Shown here piece by piece: positions 25,753 to 38,470 of a stretch of DNA of 64,000 bases. The notes below the pieces were generated by a model. It did no database searches. It was not told the origin of the DNA and worked only from the letters and a program-made list of their open reading frames with translations. This DNA is from Moniliella sp. 'wahieum' (lineage: Eukaryota). Positions within the stretch are counted from its first letter, which is position 1. Each line of letters starts with the position of its first letter. The translations under genes and the position numbers were made by a program. The stretch is from the NCBI GenBank assembly GCA_003971905.1, contig RSEE01000042.1:186001-250000 (forward strand), read 5' to 3'.

Positions 25753-27395
25753 TCATCGGCGGAGGTATCGCAAGGCCAACAAGAACCCGCCAAAGGCAAT
25801 GCAGAGCATGCACGACAAATGCCGAAAAACCAGTACAGACTGTCGTGTTCGTCGACTTGGCCTGGAACCTGTCAATCCAGTCACACTGGTCAGTCTCTTT
25901 GATCTTCGTCTCGTCATCATCCAGTGGGATGAGATCTGGAAGGGATCCAAGGGGGGACGTACTTTGACGTTCATGCCCCACATGCCGGTGATAATATTGA
26001 GGGGTACGATGACTGTACCCAATGCAGTGAGCTTGGAGAGCACATCGTTGATCTGGTTGTTGGCATCCGTCATTTCAATGGAAATTTGAGCCAGGTAGTT
26101 GGAGTGAGCGCGAGATAAAATCTTTTCGTGGTGGTTCAGGTTCTGGGTCATGGTGATGAGATGGTCTTGGATGTCGGACAGGTACAGTCCAATCTCTGTC
26201 TTGGGAGTGACTGAACCCTCTGCCTCGGAGCAGCGCTTGGCCAGACCCTTGACTACATCGGCCTTGCTGCCCAGACGGAGCAGACCCATCACCTTCTTGC
26301 GCGAGCTACCAATCCGACGCAGCATATCGCTTTGTTCTCCCCTTGAGAATGAGCACCGCATCGTCAATCGCATCCACTTCGTACTCAATCCCCTGGATCA
26401 GGGGACCAAACGCGTCGGTAATGTCGTCCATGAGCGCATAAGAATCCAATCGGACGTCACCTCCAAATAATCTTTCAGCTGTTCAATCCGCTTTCGTACG
26501 TGGCGTGGATGCCGGGTGGGGCGAAAGTGAAAGGAAAGCGTACCGCGACGAAAGACGACAATGTACATGTTGAGCGGTTGGAGGTAGGTGGGGCTAAAGG
26601 GGTCTTGGTCAAAGGACCGGAACGACACAAGGTAATAGTGGCGAAACAGCTCAATCTTTTCCCGTTTCTTCTTCTTAGAATGTCCTCGGTAGTCAACGGG
26701 TGCAACCAAACCCTTTTGACAACACCTTCATCTCTCTCCGGGCGTGGGACTGAGATATCCAGCCACCAGGTCCCTCCTGAGGGGGGAATAGCAGCGGCAC
26801 CCCGGCTTACGGAGGAGGTGGTTGAAGAGGACGTGCCCATTGACCCGCGCTTGCTTTCGGGTGCTGCAGGGAGATCAGGGGTAGGTGATGAGCCATGGAG
26901 GAGCTGTCAACGTTTGCCCTTCCAAGGGAGATCCGAGAGGTGATGCGCACGAATCGTTTGTCCCAAGGCGAGAGTGTAGAGAGAAAAGCGAAAGTTGCCT
27001 TGATCTTGCTTGGGTGGGGGGGTGCTCTCCTTGCCCCGATTCCATCTTTGACGCAATCGCTCCGTACCCGTCATACGTACCCGTACCCTACCCATTCTGA
27101 GGGTGTGGGTTGCTCGGCGAGGTGGGCACAGGAGTATTCGGGGTGGCATGCTCCAAGCGTGGGTCCCGGGCCGCTGGGCGGTGTGTGACAGGCGGGCGGG
27201 GAAGCGCGCGCTCGGAATGGACAAATTCATCCAGGAGCGAGAGGTTGAAGGGATTGCTCGGTGGTGGCAACCAACTTGCTGGCCGGGCAAGTGGCAAGGA
27301 TGGGGGGATGGGCAGCACATACGAGGGGAGGCAATCTTGATCGTGGCCGGGAGGAGGGTGTGCTCAACAAGCCAGCCATGGTCCGGATCGGGCAT
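25753..27395 (-). CDS. CorA-family magnesium transporter (Alr1/Mnr2-like)
   Basis: LHPLTTEDI, EKIELFRHYYLVSFRSF, YLSDIQDHLITM and GMWGMNVK|VPGQ (GMN signature). Intron ~25869..25962. 5' end uncertain. Confidence 0.9.
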
Positions 27396-28759
27396 GGTGG
27401 TGGAAGGCTAGACAGGCAAGCCTGGTCTGGTGCTGAGGGTACTCTGATGAGACGGAGTGGAGAGGGCGTCAGCAGGAGGTCGGCTATGCAAAACGGCGCC
27501 ACCTGTGTGCGGTGCTGCGCTGGTGGCAGCGGTAGGGCCGAGCGGTTGCGGCGTTCGCCGCTCGGTACGTACCAAAATCGATACTCGATTCTCGATTTTC
27601 CCAGCACGGGGGAGGGGGCTTGGTGCCGCTCACAACCACAATCACTCCTCGGATGGGCACCCCGCCCTCAGCGTATACTCATCAGTACTCACCACAGGCA
27701 CGCGTTCGTGCTGCGAGTCACACGTTTGGCCCTCAAAGATGATGGCCGTGGACGCAATGGAGGTGGTGGAGGCGGGTCGATAGCAAGGCGGCGGAAGAGA
27801 ATGGGGCCTAGATTTAAGAGGAAAGCAGGTGCAGCCTTTGCATCAACCTGCCGAGACGGGGCGCCCCGCAGGATGAGATATAGCTTTCTATCACACACGC
27901 CATGCGTTCCTGCCTCGGAATCGGAGATCGCTCGATTGCCCCTCCCCCCCCCCCAAAGCGCTCTACTACCGGACAACGCCTTTCGGGGCAGTCCCCCTAA
28001 TTAACAGCAGCGTCGGGGGTCGGTGCGCACAGCGCTTAATATTGCACGCGCTGAGGGCTCAGATCGTGCGATTGGCCATTTGATTGGCTGCCCAATGGCT
28101 AGGGGCGATTGATATTGACTGGTGACATGTGACAGTGCTGCCCCTGTCACAACGCCATCATCATGCATCGTACATCATCCATCATGCACATCTGCCCCGA
28201 TGCCAGCCGAGACCACCCAAGTTCTTGCGTAGACACCACAATGTCCGTCCGAGCTCTGCGTCCAAGCCAGGCCCAGTGCGAGTACTGATAAACAATACCG
28301 AGCACTGAGCCCACGCTGAGCGCTGGCTCGATGACGCGCCGTCTGATCAACACGGGGTAAAGCGGCCCCATCGACCCCATCGCCCAGCAGTACTCAGTCT
28401 ACTGTACTGCATCCCATCCACCCCCGCAGCTTCATGTGACATGGAAAATTGGCCTGCCGAATCTGACACGGGCCAGCCGCCATGGACGACGGCCATGAAG
28501 GGATTGAGGCACGCTGCGTTTCACCGCCAGCCATCTCTTCTTGTCCCGATTCGGCTCCTGGAAGTGTCGTATCGACGCAAGGAACGGAACCACCTCGTGG
28601 TCCAAACCGCGTCTCCCCCCTCAGGCCTCACTGCCGTTCGCTCACGTCCCCTTGAACGATCGTGGCGGCCATGCTCAGCAGCAGCTCAGACACGGCCGCA
28701 GCCATTGGAGCTGTGCTCAGGCACGTAGGAACTTAGTCTGACTCCTCCTCGTTCCCCCC

Positions 28760-30520
28760 TCAAGGACTGCATCGACTTGCTCGTCCAAAAATCCGTCCGT
28801 TGGCGCCGACTGATCCGAGCGAGCTTTTTGGGCCGTCCTCCACCTCCTCGTCCAACTGCGACGACTGAGCGCCTTGTTTCTCACTCGCGCTACCAGCCAG
28901 CTTGGTCGCGCTGCTTTTGCCCTCTGCGGCGTTCAAGGGGCTGGCGGGTTCACTGGCAGACTTCCCTGACCCCACCTCCACACCCAATGTGGCTTCGACC
29001 TGGGCGCGCGTCTTCTCTCGCTCTGCTTGGCTCAATGGAGGCGAGGAAGAAGGGGAAGCAGAGGAAGGGGGGGAAGGCGGGGACTTGGTCGCCTTGGGCA
29101 CGGCATCGGGCTCCTTCTCCCGTTCCAAAGGCCTTTCAACTTGCTGTGCACGTACCCCGACTCGGAGAGACGCGATAGCTGTATATAGTCAGTAGATGGA
29201 TCTCGGATCCGATGAGCGGACAAAAACAGGGAGGGGGGGGGGAAGGCGGGACGTACCCGATTGCGCTGTTTGATGGCCTCCTCTGAGATACCGAGGATGC
29301 ACCCCAAGAGCGAGCGGGGGTCACGGCTCGGCTCGACCGCTCGTCGTCGGCCTTGGTCATCAAATTTGGTGCGGGAGGGGCGAAGCAGGTGGCGGCCAGG
29401 GTCGGCGGTCGGATCAAATCGACACAAGGCACTGCTTAGCACATCGTACGCACCGCTGAACGTTTGGCGCACGTTGAGAATGTTAAGGAGGACTTGGACA
29501 CGTCGTTGGTCGTATCCAACGGATCTTCAATTGACAAGAGGAACGGACGCCGTTCGTCCTTCCATCCCGAACGCGCTTTGGAAAAGTAGCCGCCTTTGCC
29601 GCGAACGGTGATGCCAACCTGATCGTAATTGAATTGCTTGCCATAGAGCGAAAAAATTCGAGCAACAAGACCCCGGTTGTCACACGGGTCAATCTCCCGG
29701 CGCTGAACTTTGGGGTGCAATTGAAGAAAATTGATCACCAAGAGCGTGCACGCAAAGCTTCCCAGTCCACCAGAGTACACCTCACTCAAGCCACGCTGGG
29801 CGAGCAAGAGCTTGACACACATGGTCAGCGGCCGTACGGCCGGTTGGCGCCGGAGCCACGAGTTGACAAAGCGCGCGGCGGCAATACCATTGGTGTGGTT
29901 GAGGGACATGTCCACCTTGAACTTGCCCAGAGAGGGAAGGGTGGTGAATTTGATGATGGGCACGCGGGCATGGGCAATGACTTGAATGTCGTCAGCAATG
30001 CCATTGGTCTGGATGACGGTACGAAGCGCGTGGAGGATCCGCCGCGGGTTCTGCTGGCCCATCGACTCGGACACACAGACCAAGTCAATATCGCCTTGGG
30101 GCAGATAAAGACGCGTTTCTTGGCTGCCAAAGCTGTGCACTTGGGCATCGCGAAAGCGCGTGGTGACCGTCTGGCGGATGAGCTGAATCGCAGCGCGGCG
30201 GGTCTCGTGCTCGTCGGGGTTAGGTAGGGAGGTAGCGGTCAAACGCAACGATTTCCCGGTGCAGCGCTTGGGCGGCGTGGCGGCGGTATGCCAGTCAACG
30301 TCCTTGGACCAGGGGGTGGTGAGGTCGAGCACGCCGGCATCGCGCTTGCGTTTGCGGGATTCGTGGGCCGGGGTGTCGTGGCCATCGACGGACGCGATGA
30401 GGTCGTCAAGAGAGGGGGGCGGAGGAGAGTGGGTGGCGGGAGGGGGGGAGGCGGGGGAGGGCCAAAGGAGATGAAGTCGTCCTGGAAGGCGCGACTGCTG
30501 TCGCGCTGTGCGGAGGCCAT
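28760..30520 (-). CDS. TRF4: non-canonical poly(A) polymerase of the TRAMP complex (Trf4/Trf5/Cid14/PAPD5)
   Basis: FQDDFISF, SFGSQETRLYLPQGDIDLV, ARVPIIKF, EVYSGGLGSF and LSIEDPLDTTNDVSKSS motifs. Late intron near 29179..29255. Confidence 0.93.
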
Positions 30521-30699
30521 GGCGGTGGGGGTGGGGGGCGCTGGGTGCTGGGTGCTTGGTGCTTGGGCCTGGTGCTTGCAGCGTGCGAAGGCCAGGGCTG
30601 CCACACGGTTTGAGCCGTCGGCTGGAGAGCAGGAGAAAAAAACCACCTGCGCGGGCGGAATGCACGGCGGGTGGCGCGGCGGAATGCCATCGCTGTTGC

Positions 30700-32640
30700 G
30701 ATGGGCTGCAATAACGTTGCAATATTGAAGGCGCCTTGACGTAATGTTTCAAGTGCACTTACCAATTCCAATTTGCAAGCCGCATGTGTCACGGGCCTCT
30801 TACCTCATCAATCTCATCGATCATCGATCATCGATCATCAGGTAGATCTCAACGGTCAAATCATTGCTTCGCCGATCCTCGATCCTGGCCCCTTGTCCAT
30901 TTCGGACCAGGGCATCCTTTGCTTCCCTTGGTCTTTGGTCTCAGATCGCACTCGTGTCGCCAGACCCTTCCATGCACCTGCTGCTGGGAGTTGCAAATTA
31001 ACTGGTCACCGGTCAACCCAACGTCCAACGTCCAACACGCTTTTTCGTGCGAACCGAACCAACCGAACCTCAATAATGCGCCCGGTGATCGGTGATACCA
31101 CCACTGACTTGACGCGTGACGTTTGACGCTCGTTTCCCGTCTCCCTGTAAGCTTTTAAGCCTTGGGCCTTGCGCGTTATGCGTTACGAACGGGAAGTAGA
31201 AAGATGAGAGGGCCGGTGCGGTGAAAGGTCATGTGACCGGTGTTTCACGTTTAGGACAAACCCTTAGGCCTTAGGCCTTACTACCTCCTAGTTACTAGCT
31301 TGACATGCATCACATGTGACAAGTGACCAGTACTGTGATATGTCTTGAACAGGGCTTGGCACCACCACATCACGGTGAGTAGTGAGTAGTGACTAGTGAC
31401 TAGTGACTAGTTACTGATTAATGATTGCTTGATGCCGGTATCCTGGGACGCGGAACGTCAGCGCGTCAGATTCAAGCCGGAACAGGCCGGAACATCAAGT
31501 GAGTACGTTGAACGAGCTGAGCGCTTTGATGTTAATTTGATGCATGATGCATGATGATCGATGAGACTGACGTACTCAGTACCAAGCCACTGGCGACTGA
31601 GGTATTGAGCGCAAGGTATTGAGCGCATAACGAACCTAAGTCCTGAGGCGATGCATGGTGCAACGTGCATGCTCCATGAATAACTTGGTTGCGAGGAGAC
31701 CATTATCCTTTAACGTTTAACGTTTAACGTACCTTGAACGTCTTGAAGCTTGAACCTTTAAGCTTTACGTGTTGCGAGCTTTGCGGGCGCTTTACGCTTT
31801 ACTAGTTACTGGTTTAACTTGTAGCGGGTAAGGCGTAACGGTGACATGTGACATGCATGACATGAATGGCATGTCACATGTCACATGTCACATGTCACAT
31901 GTCACTGTGATCGATGGCCAATTGATTGAAAAGCGATTGCAACCAAGTTGATAGCATTTTACGGTTAAGAAATGCCCCAATGTGTCTCACGTTTTGTCAT
32001 ACTAAACGTACCAGTCACCGATCACATGTCACATGTCACATGCAACATTGATGTATGATGCATGCATTACTTGTGGTGGCGTAAGAGACGCGTTAAGCGG
32101 TAGGCGTGACCGGGTGACCGGTGACGCGTGACGGTGACCAGGGACTCGTGGCGCGTGACTCGGGGACTGGAGCATGTGACACTTGTGACATGGGAGATCT
32201 GAGATGTGAGATCGGATGCAGATGCGCCTGATGCGGCGGGGGCTGAATGGAAGGGCGTTTGTGTCTGGGTTGTGCGTTGCGTCGGATGTCCCGAATTGCA
32301 GGGCCTGGTTTGTTTTCGGTCCTGCGTCCCGCGCGTCACACGTCACGCGTCACTTGAAGATTGATTGACCGATGGTCGACTGCATCGATGCATGCATGCA
32401 CCATGCATCAGCCGGATGGGTAGGGTCGCAACGCAGGCCGCCGGCGGTATTTGCAGGGTGCCCAGGGTCCAGCACACTTGCCAACGACTCTGTGTGACAT
32501 GTGACATGTGCGTACGTGAGTACACGAGTGCTAGTCACTACTCACCCGGTGCTCCGTGCCCGCACCCATTCATGAACCCATCCATGCAATCACGGCAGTC
32601 GCTGTGCGCTGGCTAGCTGACTAGATCCCTGGCACACATG
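30700..32640. repeat. cluster of heptamer quasi-palindromic arrays in the TRF4/SSN6 divergent promoter
   Basis: (TCATCGA)3 at 30814, (CCTTAGG)n at 31262, (GTGACTA)3 at 31389, (TTTAACG)3 at 31709, (CATGTCA)5 at 31870 and GTGAC-based mixed arrays at 32106. Confidence 0.85.
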
Positions 32641-32819
32641 CTGCTGGGCGGTGTGCGTGTGCCGAGAGGCTGCAAGCAATCTTCGGCCGCGTTGGCTCAA
32701 CCAATCCACTGCTAGCAGCTGTGCGGGTGCCCCTTGCAGTCTGCCGTCGGCGTTGCCGTTCTCCCTGCCGTCCCCCTGTCGTCCCCTGCCTGCCGCCCGC
32801 CGCCACCGCACCCCGATCG

Positions 32820-35800
32820 ATGGCGTACAGCCAGCGCCAGCCCGTGCCTCCGGCGGATGCCCGACGTGTATGCGCGCCCCTACGCCTATGCGCCGCCGCC
32901 TGCCGCCTCCCGCGACCAGCCCGAGCATGCCCAGTGGCCGCGCCGCCCGCCCGCGTACGCCGCGCCGCCGCCCGAGTACAGCCCCAGCGCCGCCTACCGC
33001 CCGCCGCCGCCATGCCGCGCCGCCCGTATCCGTGCGCTATGCCAGGACCGCGAGGTGGAGCCAGATGCGCATGCCGCCCCCGCCGCCCCGCCCCCTCGGT
33101 GCTGGGCCATGCGCGCGCCCCTACTCGCCTGCCGCCCTCCCCACCGCCATCCGCCCGGGCCCCGCCGCTGCCCCCGGCCCCGGCCCCATCCCGCCCCCGC
33201 CCATCGGCCCCGGTCGTCGCCGTTGCCCTCGCCAGCCCAGGCGGGCCACCACGCCCCCCTGGCACCCGGGCATGCCGCCCCGCCGCGCGCGGTACGAAGC
33301 GTCCCCTCGCCCGCCGAGGGAGGTGCCGTGGGAGGAGCGGGATGGCAGCAGCGTATGAGCGCGAGCGCGCCCAGCGGGAGTATGAGTACGAGTACGAGTA
33401 CGAGTACCAGGCCCAGGCTCAGGCTCAGGCTCATGCTCAGGCTCAAGCTCAGGCTCATGCTCACGCCCAAGCCCAAGCCCAAGCCCACGCCCACGCTCAA
33501 GCTCAAGCTCAAGCTCAAGCTCAAGCTCAAGCTCAAGCCCACGCTCAGGCTCAGGCTGCCCACGCCCAAGTCGACCCACTTCGCCACGCGTCGCCTGCAG
33601 GAACGGAGGAGCGCGAGTGGGAGTGGAAATGGGAGCGGGACAATGCGCGGCGTGGTCCCCATGCGCTGCATATGCTGCCGGCTGGGGAACGTACACGCGA
33701 ACGGCTGATGGCGTACGAGCGGGAGTATGAGCTGAACCGCCGGCAGGGCGTCGCTATGAGTCTTCTCCCGCCCTACGCTGCTCCTCCTGACTCGGACGAG
33801 AGGGAAGAGGATCGAGCGCAAGCGCAAGCGCTCGCGCATGCTCATGCTCATGCCCATGCTCAACAAGCCCATGCTCAACATGCCCACGTTCAAGCGCAGA
33901 CCCAAGCTCAAGCTCAAGCCCAAGCACACGCCCAAGCCGAAGCCCAAGCACAGGCACAGGCAGTACAAGCCGAAGCCGAAGCTCAATCTCAGGCACAAGC
34001 TCAAGCAGCTCAAGCAGCTCAAGCGGCTCAAGCAGCCGAAGCAGCTCATGCAGCTCAAGCAGCCGAAGCAGCCCATGCAGCTCAAGCACAAGCGCGAGCA
34101 CAAGCCCAAGCCCAAGCCCAGGCCCAGGCCCAGATGGACGCCGCAGCTCATGCACATGCTCAACACATGGAGGCTGTCCATGCCCCCACTGAAGCCGAAG
34201 CGGATGTCACGCCCTTGCTCATGTTCCTGCTCATGCGCATGCCCAAGGCGAAGCGCACCGCCTCCGACCAACTCCGACGATGGGTAGGATGCCTCTTCCG
34301 CTGCAATCGCCCGTGCTACGAGAGAGACCGATGGAAGGGACAGGAGCGAGCGTGGCGCGCGTGGTGGCGCCCGTGCCGGTCCATGCTACGGCAGGAGGAA
34401 GAGGGAGTGTGGAAAATGGTGTTGCGCCGGGCACGGTGGCTGCGGGTGCCGAGGCAGCTGGCACCAGCTCCTCGCCGCCTTTGCGCCCTGCCTCGGCCCA
34501 GCTCCCGGTTCCCGCCCGAGAACCGGTAGGGGTGATGAAAGAGTTGATGCAAGCCAATGTCGAAACGTGGTTGTCAATTGGTGTGTACAGTTTGGTTTCC
34601 GGCTGCTCGCTATGATATACTAACCTAACCCCCCCCCTTCCCGCGACGTTAGCCTCGGCGGCATCTACCATGGGCGGTCGCGATGGCTACGAACGGGCGA
34701 TTGAATCGATCCAGAATGCACTACAGCACGATCCCCACTCGTTGGCGGCGCATCGAGCGCTGGGCAACGTGTACCGGGACATGGAGCAGCTGGATGTGGC
34801 GGTGGACGTGCTTCAACGCGCGCTCCAGCTGGCCCCTGAGGATGGCGAGACGTGGGGGGCGCTGGGCCACTGTTACCTGCTGATGGACGACTTGCAAAAT
34901 GCGTATGCGGCGTACCAGAAAGCGCTCTACAACCTGCCCAACGCCAAAGAGCCACGGCTATGGTACGGGATTGGTATTCTGTACGACCGGTATGGTCTGT
35001 TGGACCAGGCCGAACAAGCGTTCTCGAGTGTGGTCAGCATGGACCACGACTTGACAAGGCCAACGAAATCTTTTTCCGTCTCGGGGTGATTTACAAGCAA
35101 CAGCGCAAGTTTGCCGCCAGCCTCGAGTTTCCGCTACATTCTCCCGACCCGCCCGCGCCGCTGAAACAGGCCGATATCCAGTTCCAAGTGGGCCACGTGT
35201 CGGAACTGCAGGGCGACTTGGGGGCGGCGAAAGAAGCGTACGAGCGGGTGCTTGCCGAGCTACCCCAGCACGCCAAGGTGCTGCAACAGCTGGGCGGCCT
35301 GTATCTTCACCCCGCCGCGCCATTTGCAGACCACGAGCGGCGGTGGAGTACCTGACCGTGTCGCTGGAGGGCGATGCGGCGGATGCGCAAACGTGGTACC
35401 TTCTCGGTCGCGCCTTGATGGTTCAAGAAAACTACGACAAGGCGTACGAGGCGTACCAGCAGGCCGTGTACCGCGACGGGAACCAAGCTACGTTTTGGTG
35501 TTCGATTGGGCTGCTGTACTACCGGATTGAGCAGTACGAAGATACGCTGGATGCGTTTAGTCGTGCCATTCAGCTTCACCCGGGCATCCCCGAGGTTTGG
35601 TTCAACTTGGGCTGTCTGTACGAGACGTGCAACAACCAATGGCAAGATGCGCGGGACGCCTATGTGCGCGCGGCCCAGTTGGACCCGGACAATGCAGTGA
35701 TCGAGCGCGCTTGCGCTCCTTTCTCGCCCAACCAACCCAGCCTGTGCTCCCGCCCGCCGACCACCAACGCCATTGGATGTCCCCGACGCGGTGCAGTATG

Positions 35801-36833
35801 TGTCGGGCTCGTACGAGCCGGCCGAAGGCGAAGAGGGGCCAGCCGTATCCCACGCCGCCGTACCGACTCTGCATGCGCTCGGCCTGGAATGCAAGCGCCG
35901 AGAATGGCGAGCGGGCTACCTGCGCTGCAGCCCAAGGCGGGGGTCCCTCCCTCGTTCCAACGGCCGAACGGGAACGTGCCGACGCAGCGCCCAGTCCGCT
36001 TACCACGTCTGACGCGCGCCTCCCTGCGAACGGGGAGCTTGCGCAGCGCCCTGCTGGCCCGGGCGGGTGGGAGCCCGACGCTGCGGGCCCAAGACGACGG
36101 GTTGGGCGTGGGACGCGAGCCGGCGAGTGGCAAGAAAAAACGACCTTCGCCCCGCCCGCGCCGGAAAGCACAAAAGTCCGATCCAGACGCCCCCGAGAAC
36201 GTGAAAGAAGAGCTGCGGGAAGCTGATAGCGGTGCGGTGGATGCGCTGCTGGGTTTGGCCGGGGGCGCACGGTACCAGCAGCCTGTGCGGCCTCCTTCGG
36301 CGCCCACCGCCCCACCGGCCCTTTCGCCCCCACGCTCGTCAGTGGGGTCAGCGACCAGCGCACCAGCCCTGGCTAGCGGGCCGACGGGACGGCCTAGCAG
36401 TGCACTCGGTCGAGCCCCAACCAAGCGCGACCGCTGGACCGCTGCTTCGCCCCTACAGCGAACAAGCGGCGTCGGGTGTCCAGTACAGGCCGTGGGCTTG
36501 AGGAGCGGGGACCCAGTCCTCCCTCGCATCCTCTCGCATCCCCCCTCGCGTCCTCCCTCGCGTCCCCCCTCGCGTGCTACTTCGCGTCCCCCCTCGCGTG
36601 CTACTTCGCGTCCCGCCTCGCGTCCAGGCACCGAAGCGCACCCGTTGATGCGCGAAAAGGTCATGGCCAGTCCAGGTGCCAGCGCTATCTCTGCCACTGG
36701 TTCCGAGCCTCTCCCGCGCCCCTTCTCGCCCCTGTCCCCGGACGAGCCGCACCTTCGTCCGCACTCGGCCGGCGGCCGGCGAGCGCGGCCGGACGGACCA
36801 CTGACAAGCAAGGCCAGCGCAGGCAGTCCCTAG
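32820..36833 (+). CDS. SSN6: general transcriptional corepressor Ssn6/Cyc8 (10 TPRs)
   Basis: TPRs include GETWGALGHCYLLMDDLQNAYAAYQKALY, LWYGIGILYDRYG, AYEAYQQAVYRDG and EVWFNLGCLYETCNNQ. Intron 34581..34652. Long Gln-Ala tracts. Start approximate. Confidence 0.94.
33380..34165 (+). repeat. coding hexamer repeats encoding (YE)n and (QA/HA)n tracts in Ssn6
   Basis: GAGTAC, CAGGCT, CAAGCT and CATGCT repeats in two blocks (~33380-33570 and ~33817-34165). Confidence 0.9.
36530..36626 (+). repeat. 12-bp coding tandem repeat (PPSR/ATSR)n in the Ssn6 C-terminus
   Basis: Repeated CCCCCCTCGCGT / GCTACTTCGCGT units. Confidence 0.8.
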
Positions 36834-36906
36834 GTGCCAACATGAATGGGATCAGGTCGGACAGGCTAGGAGGGGAGAGAAAATGCTACATGGGAAATCC
36901 AATCCA

Positions 36907-38165
36907 CTATGGCATCAGGATCAGGAGCGGAGCTGGCAAGGGGGATCTTGGCGCTGGGAGTGGGGGAGGCGGGGTAAGAGGGCTAGCGAGAGAGCAAGAC
37001 AGGGCGGAGGGAGGGAGGGGAGGGGAGGAAGGAAAGGGAGTTAGGTCCGCACGGATGGTCTTGGGGTGGCAAAGGGGAAGAAGGGGTCGGGGGCCGGCCC
37101 AGGCCAAAGCGCAACAATTGGTCCGCGTACCCTTGCATCTCCCCGACTGGGACGGAGAGATCAAAGTCGTTCAACAGGAGGAACTGGAGTTCGAGTTGAT
37201 TGAGCTCCGTAACACCCAATCCGCCCACCTGGGAAGAAAAAGGAACAAGGAAAGAAGGGGAGGGTTAGGTAGTAAGGCACGGTGGTTGGGTCGTGCTCGT
37301 GCTTTCACCGGGCAAGGAGGAGGAGGTAACGACGCACTTTAGCGTAGCGAGCGTTGGTATAGAACACGTCCGAGAAGAACTTGCTGGCTACTGTGACGCC
37401 AGCAATGATCAGGCGGTGGAGGTTGAACGAATTGAGGGAAAAGCCGTGCAGGGCGGGATACACAGTGGCCAGCCGGGTCATGCGCTCATAGTAGACCAGC
37501 AGCGACACAAACACCTCGTTGGTCGTCGGGCAGTACTTGAAGATACGCAGCAGGTAAGATTCCACCGAAATCGCAGGCACCTGCCGCGCCCGGAAACACA
37601 GTCCGCCCCCTTCTTTGCCCAGCGCAGCAAGCGCAGCGGAGGTAATGCGGGGCGGACTATCGCGGTCATCGTGCGGGTCGGGGGTCGTGATCAGGGGACG
37701 AGGCTGTGGAGGAGGGGACGGAGCAGGGGGTGGAGGGGCGGCGGGGTAGGGGGGCGGTAGAGGGGTGCGGGCGCGAGGGCGGCGGGGGGGCGCGACAGAC
37801 GGTCGTTGGAGGCGGCGAGTTGCTGGAGCGGCAGCGAGGAGGCGCAGCAGGTCGTGAGTCGGGTAGGTGGCCAGGTCGAGGTGCGAGGGGGGGGGCACAT
37901 GTCGAGGCGGAGGAGGAGCTGGCCGTGTCGGTGCTGGGGAGATCGTCGGCGGTGCGGAAACGGGTGCGAGGGCTGCGCGGCGAGGCACGCACGGTGACGG
38001 TGCTGCTCGTGGACTCGCTCTCGTGCCGTCGATGGAGGGGCGCAGGAAGGGGGGCGGGGGGGGGGGCTGGTGGTGGTGGGGTGGTGGTGTGGTGGCGGCG
38101 GCGGCGATGCTGGGGACGGTGCCGGGGACGGTGCCGGCGGTGGCGCGGGTGCTGGAGCTGGCCAT
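36907..38165 (-). CDS. Pho85-type cyclin (PHO80/PCL6/PCL7 family)
   Basis: FRARQVPAISVESYLLRIFKYCPTTNEVFVSLLVY and HRLIIAGVTVASKFFSDVFYTNARYAK|VGGLGVTELNQLELQFL. Intron ~37229..37337. Confidence 0.92.
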
Positions 38166-38470
38166 CGCCCCTGGCGGCGGGGATGGCGGAGGGGGCGGCG
38201 GGGATGGAGGCGCGCCGGGAACACAGACGGCGGTAGCGGAGCAAGGCGGAGGGCGAAGCGTCGGCCCACGAGGGCTGGTGACGATGACATCACCGCACTA
38301 GCTGCTGTGCCAGCGCAGCTGCTGCCTGTCCACGTGACCGGATCGGAGGCCGGCAGCCGCCGTGCCGCTGAACATTTCACGCGGGCAGCTAGGGTTGCAA
38401 TTACTAATTTCCCCGGCGCGCCCGCTGCGTTCTGCGCTCTGCTCGGCCCCCACCACCGCCGAGGGACGCC

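Noticed and set aside
25869..25962. Intronic C/D snoRNA in the CorA intron (ATGATGA...CTGA)
   Set aside because: The span is too short, there is no terminal stem, and the CTGA is part of the likely branch site.
32994..34287. Long antisense and alternate-frame ORFs with (LS)n, (LE)n and (LK)n repeats
   Set aside because: Shadows of the Ssn6 Gln-Ala hexamer repeats.
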